Below, piece after piece: positions 28,006-44,465 of a stretch of DNA of 64,000 bases. A program made the position numbers and the translations under genes. A model generated the notes under the pieces. The model did not search any database, was not told the origin of the DNA, and saw nothing but the letters and a program-made list of their open reading frames with translations. Each line of letters begins with the position of its first letter. Within the stretch, counting starts at the first letter, position 1. This DNA is from Eledone cirrhosa (lineage: Eukaryota), in assembly GCA_964016885.1 (NCBI GenBank), contig OZ024745.1, positions 111,476,001 to 111,540,000 on the forward strand, in the 5' to 3' direction.

Positions 28006-28093
28006 CACACACATATATATATTTATTTATATATGAGTGTGTGTGTTTTGATGTATGTATATATATATATATATGAGTGTGTGTTTATATGTG

Positions 28094-28136
<43 letters not shown>

Positions 28137-28162
28137 ATAAATAAATATATTTATACATATAT

Positions 28163-28493
28163 GAAGGCACATGGCTTAGTTGACCTTGCAATCGAAAGGT
28201 TGTGAGTTCAATCCTCAGACCGGCTGATGTGTTGTTTCCTTGAGCAAGACACTTTATTTCACATTGCTCCAGTTACTCAGCTGTAGAAATGAGATGATAG
28301 GGACTGGGGTCCCTATCATTCCACTGCAAAGTGGTCGTGGAGGTGCCACGGCAAAAAAGCACCCAGCACTCACTGTAAATGAGGTTGGTGTTAGGAAGGG
28401 AATCCAGCTGTAGAAATCAAGCCAGAGTCAGTTCCCGTCCCACCCTTGCAAGCAGGGAAAAGCGGACGTAAAATGAAATGATGATGATGATGA
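28163..28493 (+). mobile_element. SINE family A
   Basis: Homologous to 12634-12994, with a small deletion in the head. Confidence 0.9.
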
Positions 28494-30407
<1,914 letters not shown>

Positions 30408-30661
30408 AGTAATATTAATAAATTTGAAGACTAAAATCCAAAGAGGGCTCGATAAGGATAAATATATATCAAATATATAAGAACCGTAGAGCAATTATTT
30501 ATTAAAATAACAGATTAAATTTTAAGCAAAGAATCGCTGCTTTCACCCTTAACGGGATCTTCTGAAACTAACAAAGTCAATCTGTGAACGCAGAAGTGAA
30601 TATTTCAAAAAACGTTGCAACCGGATGAAGACAGGAAGACGATACTTTGGTTCATGGAAAC

Positions 30662-30932
30662 GTTCAATGGCAAAGAACGGGAAAAAACGAATAAAATACG
30701 TCATTAATTAGAGCGGTGAAAATCAATTACACGCAAAGACAGAACCACGTTTATGGTATAAAAGAAATCGTAGACTAATATTCTCTTAGGTGGTTCATAG
30801 AGACGTTCTCTGGCAATGAACGGAAAAAACGAAGATAATACGTCATATGTGGAGCGTAGAGAACAACTGCACGCAAAGACAAAACCACGTAAATGGTATA
30901 ACTAAAGTCGTAGACTAAAATTCTTACTAGGA
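30662..30932. repeat. Two diverged ~144-bp tandem units upstream of the Penelope ORF
   Basis: Both units carry tggcaa.gaacgg...aatacgtcat...cacgcaaagaca.aaccacgt...atggtataa...tcgtagactaa. Confidence 0.8.
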
Positions 30933-31240
30933 AACCGAATGATTCTCCGCTTCAGAGTTAAGAATAAAGAAAAGAAAATACAGAGGTAATTGAAATTAAA
31001 TAAATACATACACGCATCCATATACGTACATACACAAGCATAGGCGAAAACACTTGCCATAGGTATACAAAACCACGCACATATAAATGTGTGTGTGCGT
31101 GTATACAAATAATTAAATAAACGTATATAAATAAATAAAGAAATACGTATATAACAAGCGCACACACATACCTACATGTAAATACACAAATGTTCGGAGA
31201 CGTAGGTCAACTAAATATATATACATATATATACATATAT

Positions 31241-33573
31241 CACCGCTACCTCAAATGGGAATTATTCTTTAGAACAAGGTGCCTCCCACCAAATGAAAGG
31301 AAAAAAGGAAAAAACACCACCCTTCAAGTGGCACCCGACGAGAAAACTCCAAAGGAACCAAAAATACTCAACATATCAGCAAAAAAACTAACACAACAGG
31401 AAATAAAATTACTAGAAAATGGACTGAAATTCACACCTACTCCAAAAGCAGATCAAGCCGACCTTATAAAAGACACAGAAGATTTTTGTCAAAAACTACG
31501 TCTAGGAGAATTCTTCCAGGGTGTAGAATACGAGGAGGAATCACTAGTAAGAAACAAAAAGAACTTCAGGCATCTGTTAAATAGAGACAAACACCTGGAA
31601 GAATACATAACCTGCCTCCGATGATCAGCACAGTCAAATATTGCAGAGACGAAACACAAACGCAACATTCCTGCTGACCAACTGCAAGCACTAAACAAAC
31701 TACAAAAGACTCCTCAACAATCATAATAGAAGCGGACAAAGGTGGAGCAATCATCATCATGGACAAAAGCCACTACAAGGATATGGTCCTAGAACAGTTG
31801 AATAACGAGGTATTTTACAGAAAAATCAGCAAAAACGAAGAAAGAAAATCGATGATTAAAGTAGGCAAACTGACGACCAAGTACCAAAACAACCTCACGC
31901 TAAAGGAAATCAATTACTTAACCAACTTCGAAATGAAAACCAGCAATTTCTATGGTTTACCAAAGGTTCACAAATCCAGAGAAATCCAAAACAACATAAA
32001 AGGCAAAAATACATCATATGTTGAAGTACCAAAACCGACAGATTTAAAATTATGCCCAATTGTTGCTGGTCCAGGGTCAAGCACACAACGTCTAAGCAAC
32101 CTATTAGACATCATACTGAAATCCTTATGTAAAAAAGTGCCAAGCTTCATCAGAGATGATATCGAATTCCTGAACTATATCCCCCAGAAAGTACACCAAG
32201 AAACAATCTTAGTCAGCTTTGACGTAACAAGCTTATATACTAACATCCCACACGACTTAGGAGTTGAAGCTGTTGACTTCTGGATTACAAAACATCCAGA
32301 CTACATTTCAGAGAGATTCCCCAAAAAGTTTATTTTGGAAGGACTCAAACTAGTACTGGAGAACAACCACTTCCTTTTTGATAACGAACTATATTTACAA
32401 ATAAAAGGAATGGCTATGGGCAACAAAGTGGCTCCAGTATATGCAACACTCGTTATGGGCCACCTACAGGCAAAATTACATTCCAAACTGCAGGAAACAT
32501 TCAGTCATGACTTTGTCACCTACATTAATCACAACTGGAAATGCTACCTAGACAACTGCTTCATCTTCTGGAATAGAAGCCAAGAAGATCTGCAAAGATT
32601 CCATTCCATCATAAACAATCTTCACAAAGAAATAAAATTCACCATGGAATGTAATAAAAAGGAACTACCGTTTCTGGATATCCTTATCATTAAGGAAGGG
32701 GAAAATATCAAAACAGACTTATTTTAAACCAACAGACACACACCAATACTTGAATTTCCGATCAGCACACCCCTCACATACCAAAAGGAACATTTCTTTT
32801 AACTTGGCAAGACACATCTTCACCATAGTAACAAACCCCACACTACAGGAAAATAGATTATATGAATTAAATGAGTTCCTTAAAAGACAAGAATATCAGG
32901 TGAACCTCATCAATAAAGCCATCTCCAAAGCCCAGAACATCCCAGTGACAACACTGAGAAAAACAAAGCAACAAAATAGAATGGAAAAAACAGTTATCCC
33001 TTTTGTCATCACACACAATCCAAGGAACTTCAACATTGTGAAAGCCGCTAAACAATATCACCCGATTCTCCAGCAGTCCCCTAAAATGAATGCACTCATA
33101 AAAGACGCACAAATTATATATAGTAGATGCCAAGCACCCAACCTAAAGAAACTGCTTACCAAGGCAAAATTTACATCTAATAATGAAGCAATGCAAGTTA
33201 AGAAATGCGGGGACCCTCGATGCGGAACTTTTGAACACATTGAAGAGGATGGACAAATATCCTTTAAAACAACCAGTCTTTCACAGTTAATGTGAAAAAC
33301 TTGATTTACTGTGCAACCTGCCCACAATGTAAAGAATACTACATTGGTGAAACCGGAACAGGTCTACATGACAGAGTTCGAGTACATAATCAACAAATTA
33401 GAGACCCCTCTGTCAGAAACACCATATGCAATGAACACTTCGCAACATGCGGAAAGGGAAAATTCACAATTTTCCCCTTCTTTAAGATATGGTCGGACAA
33501 CGAACATTTCCGAAAATCTAAAGAAGAATTCTTTATTAGAAAATACAAACCACTTCTGAACACAAATAAGTGA
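31241..33573 (+). pseudogene. Penelope-like RT and GIY-YIG endonuclease, disrupted by stops and frameshifts
   Basis: Motifs LLENGLKFTPTP, ADKGGAIIIMDK, FYGLPKVHK, SFDVTSLYTNIP, QIKGMAMG, YLDNCF (catalytic DD mutated), LPFLDI, SAHPSHTKRNI, CGDPRCGTFEH and NLIYCATCPQCKEYYIGETG. Confidence 0.95.
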
Positions 33574-33945
33574 TATTCCATCTTCAAGTAACGGGATTCT
33601 CCCCCTCTCACTTTTCTTTAACAAAATCTCATATTGAAAAAGAAAAATAGTTGATGACACCCGTACTTTCAAACATTTGAAGAGAAGAGAAGAAAAACCC
33701 TCAGAGGTACAATAACATTTCATTAATTCCCCCTTCCCCACACCACTGTATATGTGAACTTAAACACTTGAGTAGATATATGTACATATATGTGTGTATA
33801 GATGTGTTTTTATATATATGTCTGTAGGTGTACAGATATGTGTACATGTGTATATGTATGTGTGCATACGTGTGTGTGTGTGTATATATGTGTATGTATG
33901 CACGTGCGTGTGCGTGATATATATGTGTGTGTATATATGTGTGTG

Positions 33946-33976
<31 letters not shown>

Positions 33977-35042
33977 TTATGTGTATACGTATGTACATGT
34001 ATGTGTGAGTGTATGCATGTGTATGTATATATATATGTGGGTGTATATATGTGTGTATGTATATGTGTATGCATGTGTGTATATATGTGTATGTGTGTGT
34101 ATATATATATGTGTGTGAGTTATGTGTGTATATATATATATATATATGTGTGTGTGTAGATATGTGCGTGTATGTATTTAATATATATGGACTGTAAATA
34201 TATTTACATATAGGGAAGTGAATATGTGAGCTAGCATACCCCCCCCCCACCTACACACACACACACACACACACACAGACTTCCTCTCCCAAACCAATAT
34301 CAACAACATACATTTCTGACAAATGTTCCAAAATTATCCTTTTTTCTCTTTTTACTCTCATCCCATTCTTATCAAAAGACATGTATCTTACACCTCATTA
34401 AAACCCACCACCACCAGACAAGCAACTAAATTCATCTTTGATATAGAAATTTGTAGAAGATATTCTTTATAAATTTAAGAGAGTTGATTCAGCTATAAGA
34501 AACGAATTTGAAAAACATCCTGCCATTATATTCATCAAAAGTCATCTATTGAAATAAAATCAGCAGGAAGGGATTTTTACAACACCCTTATCTTGATGTC
34601 AACCTCACCATTTTCTGTGTGTATATATGTATGTGTGTGTGTGTGTATGTGTGTATGCTTTCATTCCTTTAAGTCTTCCTCAACACTCATTAACACCACA
34701 CCCCACACCCCCAGACACACCCAAATCTCTCATATATAGAGTCACACATCACAACACAACCTGATCTCAGTTTGACAATCGCTGCCACCAACGAATGTGA
34801 AAAAGTTTTCCAACAAAGTTAACCAGGAATCTTTAAAATTCTTCGCACCAAAGTTAACAAAGAACTTACTAGATCTACCAACTCATAATATTATAATATT
34901 ATAAAATTAAATCAAATTATTTAGCACTACAAGTGAAGTCATTTTTTCCTTTTTTTCAAATATATATACACACATAGTTTCAGAAGATCCCGTTAAGGGT
35001 GAAAGCAGCGATTCTTTGCTTAAACTTTAATCTGTTATTTTA

Positions 35043-35048
<6 letters not shown>

Positions 35049-35080
<32 letters not shown>

Positions 35081-35527
35081 GCATATATATATATATACAC
35101 GTATATATATACAGTATTTTCCGTTGTGTTGTAATATAAATATTACACACAGTAGATTGACAGCTCATATATATACACGTATACATATATATATATACGT
35201 ATACATATATATATATACACACACATATATATATACACACACATATATATATACACACATATATATATATATATACACACACATATATATATATATACAC
35301 ACACATATATATATATATACACACACATATACATATACACACACATATACATATATATATACACACATATACATATATACATACATATACATATATACAT
35401 ACATATACATATATATAAATATACACACATATACATATATATAAATATACACACATATACATATATATAAATATACACACATATACATATATATAAATAT
35501 ATGTATATATATATATACATATATACT

Positions 35528-35595
<68 letters not shown>

Positions 35596-35965
35596 TATAC
35601 ATATATATATGCACATTACTTATATATATATGCACACATACATATATAGATATATATATATATATACATAAATAGATATACACTATATATATATATATAT
35701 ATATATATACACTATATATATATACACATATACACTATATATATATACACATATACATCTATATATAAACAAATATATACATATATATAAACATATACAT
35801 ATATATACACATATACATACATATACATATATATACACATATACATACATATACATATATATACACATATACATATATATATACACATATACATATACAC
35901 ATATACATACACATATACATATATATATATACACATATATATACATATACATACACATATAGATA
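35049..35965. repeat. (TA)/(CA) microsatellite array
   Basis: Direct inspection. Confidence 0.95.
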
Positions 35966-36939
35966 CATCTAAACTATAATAAAGTAAGGAGCACGGGACT
36001 GCATACGGTTTATAATTTTTTTATCCCATTAGTAAAATAAGTTGGATTACTTTGAATAAATAATGAATGAATATTACATAATTTATCTACTAAATTTCGT
36101 GGCTGTTGATTAAATATATCTTGTTTATTTAAAGATTCACTTCTTTAAAATTTCTGAAATGTCAACACTTCCGGTTGGCCATCGCTTAAATAAACATACT
36201 AATTTTCTGTCACTAATTTTCTCCTAATGCAGTTTATATATAATATCATCTTTTTTAATGTATCATGGATTACGTTACTGTTTAAATAAGACAGTGTAAC
36301 GCAGTCTTCATTCAATTTCTATGTATTATATATTGTCAATTACGATTTTATTTGATGTATCATATCTACATGTATATATACCTGCGTATAATATCAATAT
36401 ACACACTACACATGCTAGCAGAAAACCATCCAAAGGGTGGTTTTTTCTGCTAGTATATATACATATACATATATATATATACTCATGTACATGCATAAAT
36501 ATATATGCTTATCCTCGGTTTCCTTGGCGTTAAGCAAGATAGAGTACACCACTCCTTGAATAGGAGACTGCTCTATTGCAGGAATAACTTTCCAGCTATT
36601 GCTGGTACTCAGCTCAGCTGAAGGTACCGGAGCAATGTGAAATAAAGTATTTTTTTCTTAAGAACACAACACAGCAACCTGTCTAGGAATTGAACCAATG
36701 ACATTCTGATCATATGTCAAGCATCATAATCATTAAGCCATGCATCTTCACATATATACGTATATGTACATATATATATGCATACATAAATATATCATCA
36801 TTTAATGATCATTTTCCCTGGTACCAAAGGTTGTATCAGATGTCTGAAACCAAGCCATTACTCAAGTGGAACTATAGACTTCTCACACATGCCAGGGACC
36901 CACATCTTGCTTACATATGTTCCATATATATACATATAT

Positions 36940-36993
<54 letters not shown>

Positions 36994-37313
36994 CTGACTG
37001 GTTATAATTCTGTATTGGCGATCGAGTGACGCAAAATTAGGCGGATAGCGATCTCTAGACATACCAGTTCAGTGAAACAAATGTAAGCTATGTGATTAAA
37101 AACTTTTTTGTATAGCAAACCATGTAAACCTTCTTTCCTGATTTATTATTACTCCAAGTGTTTACAACATAGGAATTACAGCATACCCGCAGCATCACTA
37201 TGAAAACGCCTTGTTGAGTCAAACCAAGCCAAGCGTTAATATCATCCACCACCTGGAATACCATAACTGGACTTCACCTAAGTGGACTGCATTTAACTAT
37301 TATTTGTTAATCC

Positions 37314-37378
<65 letters not shown>

Positions 37379-38184
37379 TATATACACACAAACATACATG
37401 TGTGTGTATATACTGTATATATATGAGAGTCAGCTGAAAAGTTTATACACTGACCAAAATACTCTCATGGATTCCCAATCTATATTAGGTGACCACAGTT
37501 CTAAAAGGTACTCATTATTACGTTAGAATATAGTAGAATATAGGCATATTTACTTCATAATAGAATTACTTCTATGGAACTTTAAGTGTTTCATTCATAA
37601 GAAATCATCACTTGATGATTTCTTATAAATGAAACAGTTCTAGTCCTGTAAAAGTCATTTCTAAAATATATATATACATATACCATAATCATTTAATGTC
37701 CGTTTCCCCCTTTCAGCCAGGGTTGGACATACAAGCAAGGATATTCACCCCAGTTTCACGCTCTATCAAGTGCATTTTATCATGACCGCAGCACTAGAGA
37801 AGTTTTCAAATATTTGATACACCTGAAGGATCCCCTAACCTTTTGTTTAGCAAACTTTCTATGGCTGGATACCCTTCCTATCACCAACCACTTTAGAGTG
37901 TGTACTAGGTGTGTTTATTATGTAGATCACCAAACACAAGGGAGGCTGCCATGTCCTTGATACAACTGAAGGGTGGTTTTCTGAAGGGGGACGGACAAAA
38001 CCCCACAGTGAAATAAGGTTCTCAATATGTTAGTAGAGAAGAAGCATATACATTTTATATAGAAATGACTTGTACAGGAAGTTTCATTTGTATGGAAGTT
38101 TCATTTGTATGAAATCATCAGGGATGTCATTCTTGATGATTTCATATGAAGGAAACAGTCATTTTTATATAATATATATAATCA

Positions 38185-38395
38185 TGAGGTTGTGAGTTCA
38201 ATTCTCAGATTGGGTGATGTGTTGTCCTTGAGCAAAACACTTTATTTCACGTTGCTCTTTCTACCAGGAGTTGCAACTGGGAGATAGTATCAGTAATGGA
38301 AAGACCAATGGAAACATTGTTCTCTTGGTCCAATTTGACGATTTTCACCCCACTCGGCAAGCGAATGAGGTCTGGGATCTTGTCGATCGATCAGA
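38185..38395 (+). mobile_element. SINE with family-A head/core and a different tail; related copy at 58700-58922 (-)
   Basis: Shared ttgagcaa.acactttatttcacgttgctc..tctacc.ggagttgc...ggaaagaccaa.ggaaacattgtt...ggtcc.atttgacga. Confidence 0.75.
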
Positions 38396-39726
38396 GCAAC
38401 CCACACATAGTTGCATAACTTCAGTTTACTGTGCCTAAATCACTTTATTTTTTCACAGTTTTCATAACTGCTCTCATCTCAGTCTGTTTCCAAACAATTT
38501 CTGTTCAAATGCATATTTGCAGATATATTTTTTTAATGTGTGCATCATGATTATGATAGCACATGGCTCAATTTGGTGCCATTCTTGATGATGAGTGCAC
38601 TGACATTTGAGTAGCCCTGCATCATGGATACCATGTGTGTTTAAAAAGAAGTCTAAAGTTTGTCTCTAGCCCGGAGGCTCATCAGACTGCATGCTTATCC
38701 CAGTTTTTGTGGTGTTAAGTGACTGAGAGTTCAAGACCTCCCAATGGGATAGGATACCAGTTCATCACAGGGTTAAAACCCAGCTACTGCTGCTACTTAT
38801 TTTCAACTGAGTATTCTAGTGCAATGTGAAATGAAGTGTTTTGCTCAAAAACACAACACACAACCCAATCTAGGAATATAAAATGGATGCTGGTTCATCC
38901 ATGAGTTTTGAATACTTGGATTTCATTGGTCAACATTTAGGAGCAAGATTCAGTCGGACTGAAAAATAATTCCTCTTCTGCAGTACACCAACCAGCTGTA
39001 TATATTACATTAGACTTATGTGCAAGTGTTAGCTGCATCCTTATTGTCTGAACAAATATCTAGAAGGCAACCTCTCTAGAAGAGCAGCCATTCCGAATAA
39101 AATTTGATATAATGTAGGGTTTGGGGACAAGGCAGTTAAATTCTGACATACAACCTCTCTAGAGCTGGTACCCAATCAACACTGTAAAGTGGATAGTGAT
39201 AGGAAGGTCATTTAGCCTGAAAATCACACCAGAAATATGAAATACTTAGTCATGTTTACCATAGAAAATAGTCTATTTCTGAAAATTATAAAATAACCCT
39301 TTTGTTTGTTTGTTTGTTTGTTTTTTAAGTAACTATAATTATTTTACAAGTGATCTGCATTCACTCACAACTTTACCATTTTTATGGCTGATAAGCAAAG
39401 CTTGCAAATGACAACTTTTTTTCATAACATGCTCTTTCTGTAAATTACAGCAATGCCCATTTCCAATAAATCAATCTATTTTCAAATTGGTTGGTTGTCT
39501 TTGATTCTACAACCTCACACAGTAATTGATTTTAGTCAGTATTGACCTGCTTTCAGTAGGTTCCTTGCTTTGTTCATTCGTTGATGACTGACAGGATTCC
39601 AAGATACTGTCTGTTATTATTTTTTTGACTTCTTCAGTCTACATACATTCCCTCTTATTACATTATAGGCATATATCATGTATGTCTTTTCCTCTTATTA
39701 CACATTGGGTATAATGTTTATATATC

Positions 39727-39805
<79 letters not shown>

Positions 39806-40263
39806 TGTGTGTGTGTGTGTGTTTGGATCCAAAGATTAAATTGAATGTCTGTACAAGAGTAGATATTGAATAATTTCATATTTGAACCTATTCCATGAAA
39901 GTTAATATATTAAAAGTTTATACATTGATATATATGTATATAAATATATAAATATATATATATATACATATATACACGCACATACACATACACATACACA
40001 CACACATTCATATATATTTCAGCGTGGCATAACAGACATTAAACGATGATGATGATTATATATCTATATACTCTCTTTCTTTCTATCACACACATGCACA
40101 CACACAATATACTCACTCAATCATTGGAATTTTTAAAAGAAGGGCACTTTAGATTATGTAGTCCTAGATACACAATGTCTAGAAAGCGATAGGATGGTTA
40201 CAAGTGAAATATCTTTGGTCAGAACTAATATTGGGGCTAAAGACAACACACACACACAACACA

Positions 40264-40570
40264 ACAGCACAGCTCCCATGACTTTCGGAAATATTTTTTC
40301 GTGCTCAGAGTTGCTGAAGCATGGAACAAACTACCTGCGTCAGTTGTTAGCTGTCGAGACACTGCATCCTTTAAAACTTCCATGCTTCCTGAAATTCGCC
40401 AACACTACCACTGATATCCCTCCCCCATACACACGCACACATTTATATCATGACTCATACACTGTTCACTTTCCTGACGTTTGTACATTATTCTATATAC
40501 TATACATGCACCTTTGATGAGTTCTAGTGCACCTGAGCACTGTACACAATAATTTCATTATTATTATTAT
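40264..40570 (+). mobile_element. CR1/L2-group LINE 3' end with (TTA)n tail
   Basis: FRKYFFVLRVAEAWNKLPASVVS...ASFK matches the C-terminal RV..WN.LP..VV...FK motif. Confidence 0.8.
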
Positions 40571-40576
40571 ACATAA

Positions 40577-41036
40577 ACCGCGGAGTGGGGAGACCCAAGA
40601 AGACCTGGGATGAGGTGATAAAAGCCGACCTTACCCAATTACACCTCTCAAAGACGATGACACACGACCGTGACCTCTGGCGTCACGCAGTAATACAGAG
40701 TACCCGACCTCCCATGGGTACAAGCCGAAGCTGAAGCATATAGACAATATGCCCCCACACCCTCCCACTGCAAAATGGTCGTGGAGGTGCCACGGCAAAA
40801 AAGCACCCAGCCCACACAGTAAAGTGGACGTGTTGGCACCACGGAAAAAAAGGCACCCAGCACTCACTGTAAATGAGGTTGGTGTTAGGAAGGGCATCCA
40901 GCTGTAGAAATCAAGCCAGAATCAGTTCCCGTATGAGCAAGACAAGGTTAGCCGACCAGACACTGCCCACAACAGGACAACCCGTCTAACCCATGCTAGC
41001 ATGGAAGAACGGACGTAAAACGGTGATGATGATGAT
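40577..41036 (+). mobile_element. RTE 3' end chimeric with SINE-A internal modules
   Basis: GRPKKTWDEVI...DRDLWR followed by gtgccacggcaaaaaagcaccca modules and an RTE-type tail. Confidence 0.8.
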
Positions 41037-41232
41037 ACATAAATTCCACAATCTATCATATAAATGAATATTTTCTATTTTGGAACAACAAATAATAGTT
41101 CCTCTGTATAAATTGAAATCCTACTATGGTCAACTTTACTTTTTATCTTTACTAGAATTTTTTTCAACACACTGACATGTATGTATATGTGTGAACATGT
41201 GTGTATGTGCATATGCATACATTTATGTGTAT

Positions 41233-41571
41233 CATTTCATTTTTTTCATTTTACGTCCGCTTTTTCCCTGCTTGCAAGGGTGTGACGGAACTGATTCTGG
41301 CTTGATTTCTACAGCTGGATGCCCTTCCTAACACCAACCTCATTTACAGTGAGTGCTGGCTGCTTTTTTGCCGTGGTACCTCCACGACCACTTTGCAGTG
41401 GAATGATAGGGACCCCAGTCCCTATCATCTCATTTCTACAGCTGAGTAAACTGGAGCAATGTGGAATAAAGTGTCTTGCTCAAGGAAACAACACATCACC
41501 CGGTCTGAGAATTGAACTCACAACCTTTCGGTTGCAAGACCAATGCTCTAACCACTAAGCCATATGCCTCC
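41233..41571 (-). mobile_element. SINE family A
   Basis: Full length; TSD atgtgtat. Confidence 0.9.
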
Positions 41572-42210
41572 ATGTGTATGAGTATATAAATGTAAACATG
41601 CAAACACACTTACAAAAATACACTCACAGACATACATTCATACAAACACACACACACACCTACATACATTTACACAAACAAACACATACTCTCACACAGC
41701 GTGGCAAATGGAACGCCAGCCGCTATTTTGCTATAGTTTTTACACCATCCCCTCCCTTCCTTTTACACACACATACATCCACACAGACACACACACACAG
41801 AGGGATTATGTAACGAACAAACGGAAGTCACTCAAATTTATATATAGATGGAGTCAATAGAAACAAGTACCAGTAAAATACTGAGGGCAACATAATTGAC
41901 TGTTCCTTGCCCTCACTGAATTTTTGATATTACCACAACATTTATAACATTCAGAGAAGGAGAGTGGTAGAAGAATAAAGGGTATCATAGCAAAATGGTT
42001 ATATTTCTCAGACAATCTCTTCTAGTTTCTTTCTCTATAGTTCCAAGCAAGGCTATATGGTGAAGGAATTCACTTCACAACCACATCATTTCAAGTACAG
42101 ACACACTGTGTGGTCCCTTGGGCAAGTGTCTACTACTATAGTCTTGGGTTGACTAATGCCTTGTGAGTGACCGTTTTGGTAGATGGAAACTAGGTGCATG
42201 TGTGTGTGTG

Positions 42211-42319
<109 letters not shown>

Positions 42320-42693
42320 ACATGCACTGTTTGATTATGTCCCATAACTTAACAGTTCAACAAAAAGAGATCGATAAAATAAGTACTGAGTACGATATGA
42401 CTGACAAACATTTCTTGAAGGTGTTGCCTCACTATGTCTAAAGTCAAAGACTGAAACAAGTAAAAGAATAAAAGGAAGAATATTTAAAAAAAAAGAATTA
42501 ATTAATATGAAACATCATGGAGCTCTCTAAAGTTGACTAAAGTCTTGCTATTTGGTACCATGCACTTACCTATTACCAATCCTCTACAAATACATCACAC
42601 TCTATCCCTATCAACTAAAGTCATATTACTTCCAATTGAGATAAACCTCTACCTGTAGGTCTTCATAACAAAGTTATTTTCATCACCTTCTAT

Positions 42694-42727
<34 letters not shown>

Positions 42728-43262
42728 GCTTCACTCTGTTTCTTCACTAATAACCATCAGGTATTAAATATTACAATAGATAATAAATGTATTTTCTTTT
42801 GGTCTGTTCTTTTAAAACAAAATTCTTTTCTTTTCTTTCCTTTCAATTTTTTTTTCAGGATTTTTATTATTACTATTTTGTTATTTTTATATATTTACAC
42901 CAAAGAATAAACAAACAACTTATTTAGCTAAATATAAATACTTACTTACAACAAAAGAGAGAAAAAAAAGAAAAATAAGGTTTAGCTCTTGCCACCAGCT
43001 ACCTATCATTAACTGTGGCATTGATAAAAATTTAGAGAGAGAAAGATAGGGAGAGGAAGATAGAGAGAGGGGGCTGAGCAGTGGGGAAGTAATATAGAAA
43101 GTTTTAATAATATAAAAGTTTTTCATTGATTTTGTCTTCTTGCTTTATTTTCCCATCAGTTTTGTCTTTGTACTTTGATTTTATTGTAAGCATCTACTTC
43201 CAAAATTTATTCTAAATTTTCAATTGCTTTTCTCATGAATTTTACAATACATCTTCTCCATC

Positions 43263-43328
<66 letters not shown>

Positions 43329-43893
43329 CTCCATGTATGTGTGTGTATACACACACACATATTTATGTACGTAGGTATATATATATATCTTTCCATGAGT
43401 GTGCATATGTATGTGTATATATATATGAAATAATTATGCTTATCTTTTCTCCTTTATCACTTAGCTGTTGCTTCATTATTGCAATAAAATGCGATAACAT
43501 TTCCCCTTTGGGTAATTGCTATAACTGATTAATAAATAAATGATGGTTTATTGCGTAGTTTAACAACAAAACCTATGGTTTGCATCAACAACTTGTCTAA
43601 TGAAGTAAGTAAGTAAGTAGCTGTTCACATATACACGATTGCAGTTTGGACATAGTTGACAGATGTAGAGTATCTAAATGGCAAAACCATTACATTCAAG
43701 ATTATTTTTCAATTGTTAAGTCATAAAAGAAATGTTACAAATTTTGGAGCAAATTTGAAAGAAATCTCGACAGATAATTCTTATTCAGTATGTTTTCATT
43801 CTGATATATTTGAGCAGTACAAAAAACAAGAGCTATTAAAAGGGCAGATGAACTCTTCAGAGTCAACAGTCATCCACCCAAACTATAGGTTAA

Positions 43894-44113
43894 CCCTTTA
43901 ATGTTCAAACTGGCCAAAACCGGACAAAATTCTCTACCTTTTTCTGTTGAAACTGGCTGTAACTGGTTTCTCAAACTGATGTTAAGGTATTGTTCTCAAA
44001 ATAAATACTTTCAAAATTTCATAGATTCGATATTATGTGAGATAATTATGTGAGGTAAAGCCTTTACCATGAAAATATAATAGTATATATAGAGTAATGT
44101 GAATACTAAAAGG
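43894..44113. mobile_element. piggyBac-like MITE with TTAA TSD
   Basis: TTAA at 43890-43893 and 44114-44117. The paralogous empty site has a single TTAA at 3599-3602. Confidence 0.85.
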
Positions 44114-44298
44114 TTAAATAACCTCACCAACCTGCAATTATCCAAGTATGGTGAGTATTGCTACGCCCCTGACATGACCAAAGCCAAACAGAAAGCAGTT
44201 CCTCCAACAGGAGTAAAACGGCCCTGGATTGGATATATATATATATATTTATATTATTAAAAATGTTAATAAATGAAAAATATTCTCATAATCAAAAT

Positions 44299-44369
44299 AT
44301 ATATTTTATTATACATATTTCAAAGGTGCAATCGTGTTTTTAAGTACGTTTTCATCAGACAAAATATAT
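44299..44369 (-). ncRNA. Type I hammerhead ribozyme (H1-related)
   Basis: Reverse complement reads atatattttgt-CTGATGA-aaa.c.gtac...gcac.c.ttt-GAAAT-ATGT-ATA^-ataaaatatat, giving an 11-bp stem I. Confidence 0.78.
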
Positions 44370-44465
44370 GATTTGATATGTGACATACCGCTACGGTTTT
44401 GATTATTCAATTCCAGTATTGAATAATCAAAACCGTAGCGGTATATCACATATCAAGTTATATAT
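44364..44465. repeat. ~48-bp-arm hairpin directly upstream of the hammerhead
   Basis: ataccgctacggttttgattattcaat-tccagt-attgaataatcaaaaccgtagcggtat. Confidence 0.9.

Larger units (their letters stand above)
30408..35048 (+). mobile_element. Penelope-like retroelement (Neptune-like, EN+) inserted in (TA)n, with 74-bp inverted terminal segments
   Basis: 30497-30570 is the reverse complement of 34975-35048 (1 mismatch). It has an internal RT + GIY-YIG frame and TA arrays on both sides. Confidence 0.85.

Noticed and set aside
38660-38690. CTGATGA-gcc-tccg-ggc on the minus strand
   Set aside because: No GAAA follows the stem, and it is part of a SINE-like 3' region.
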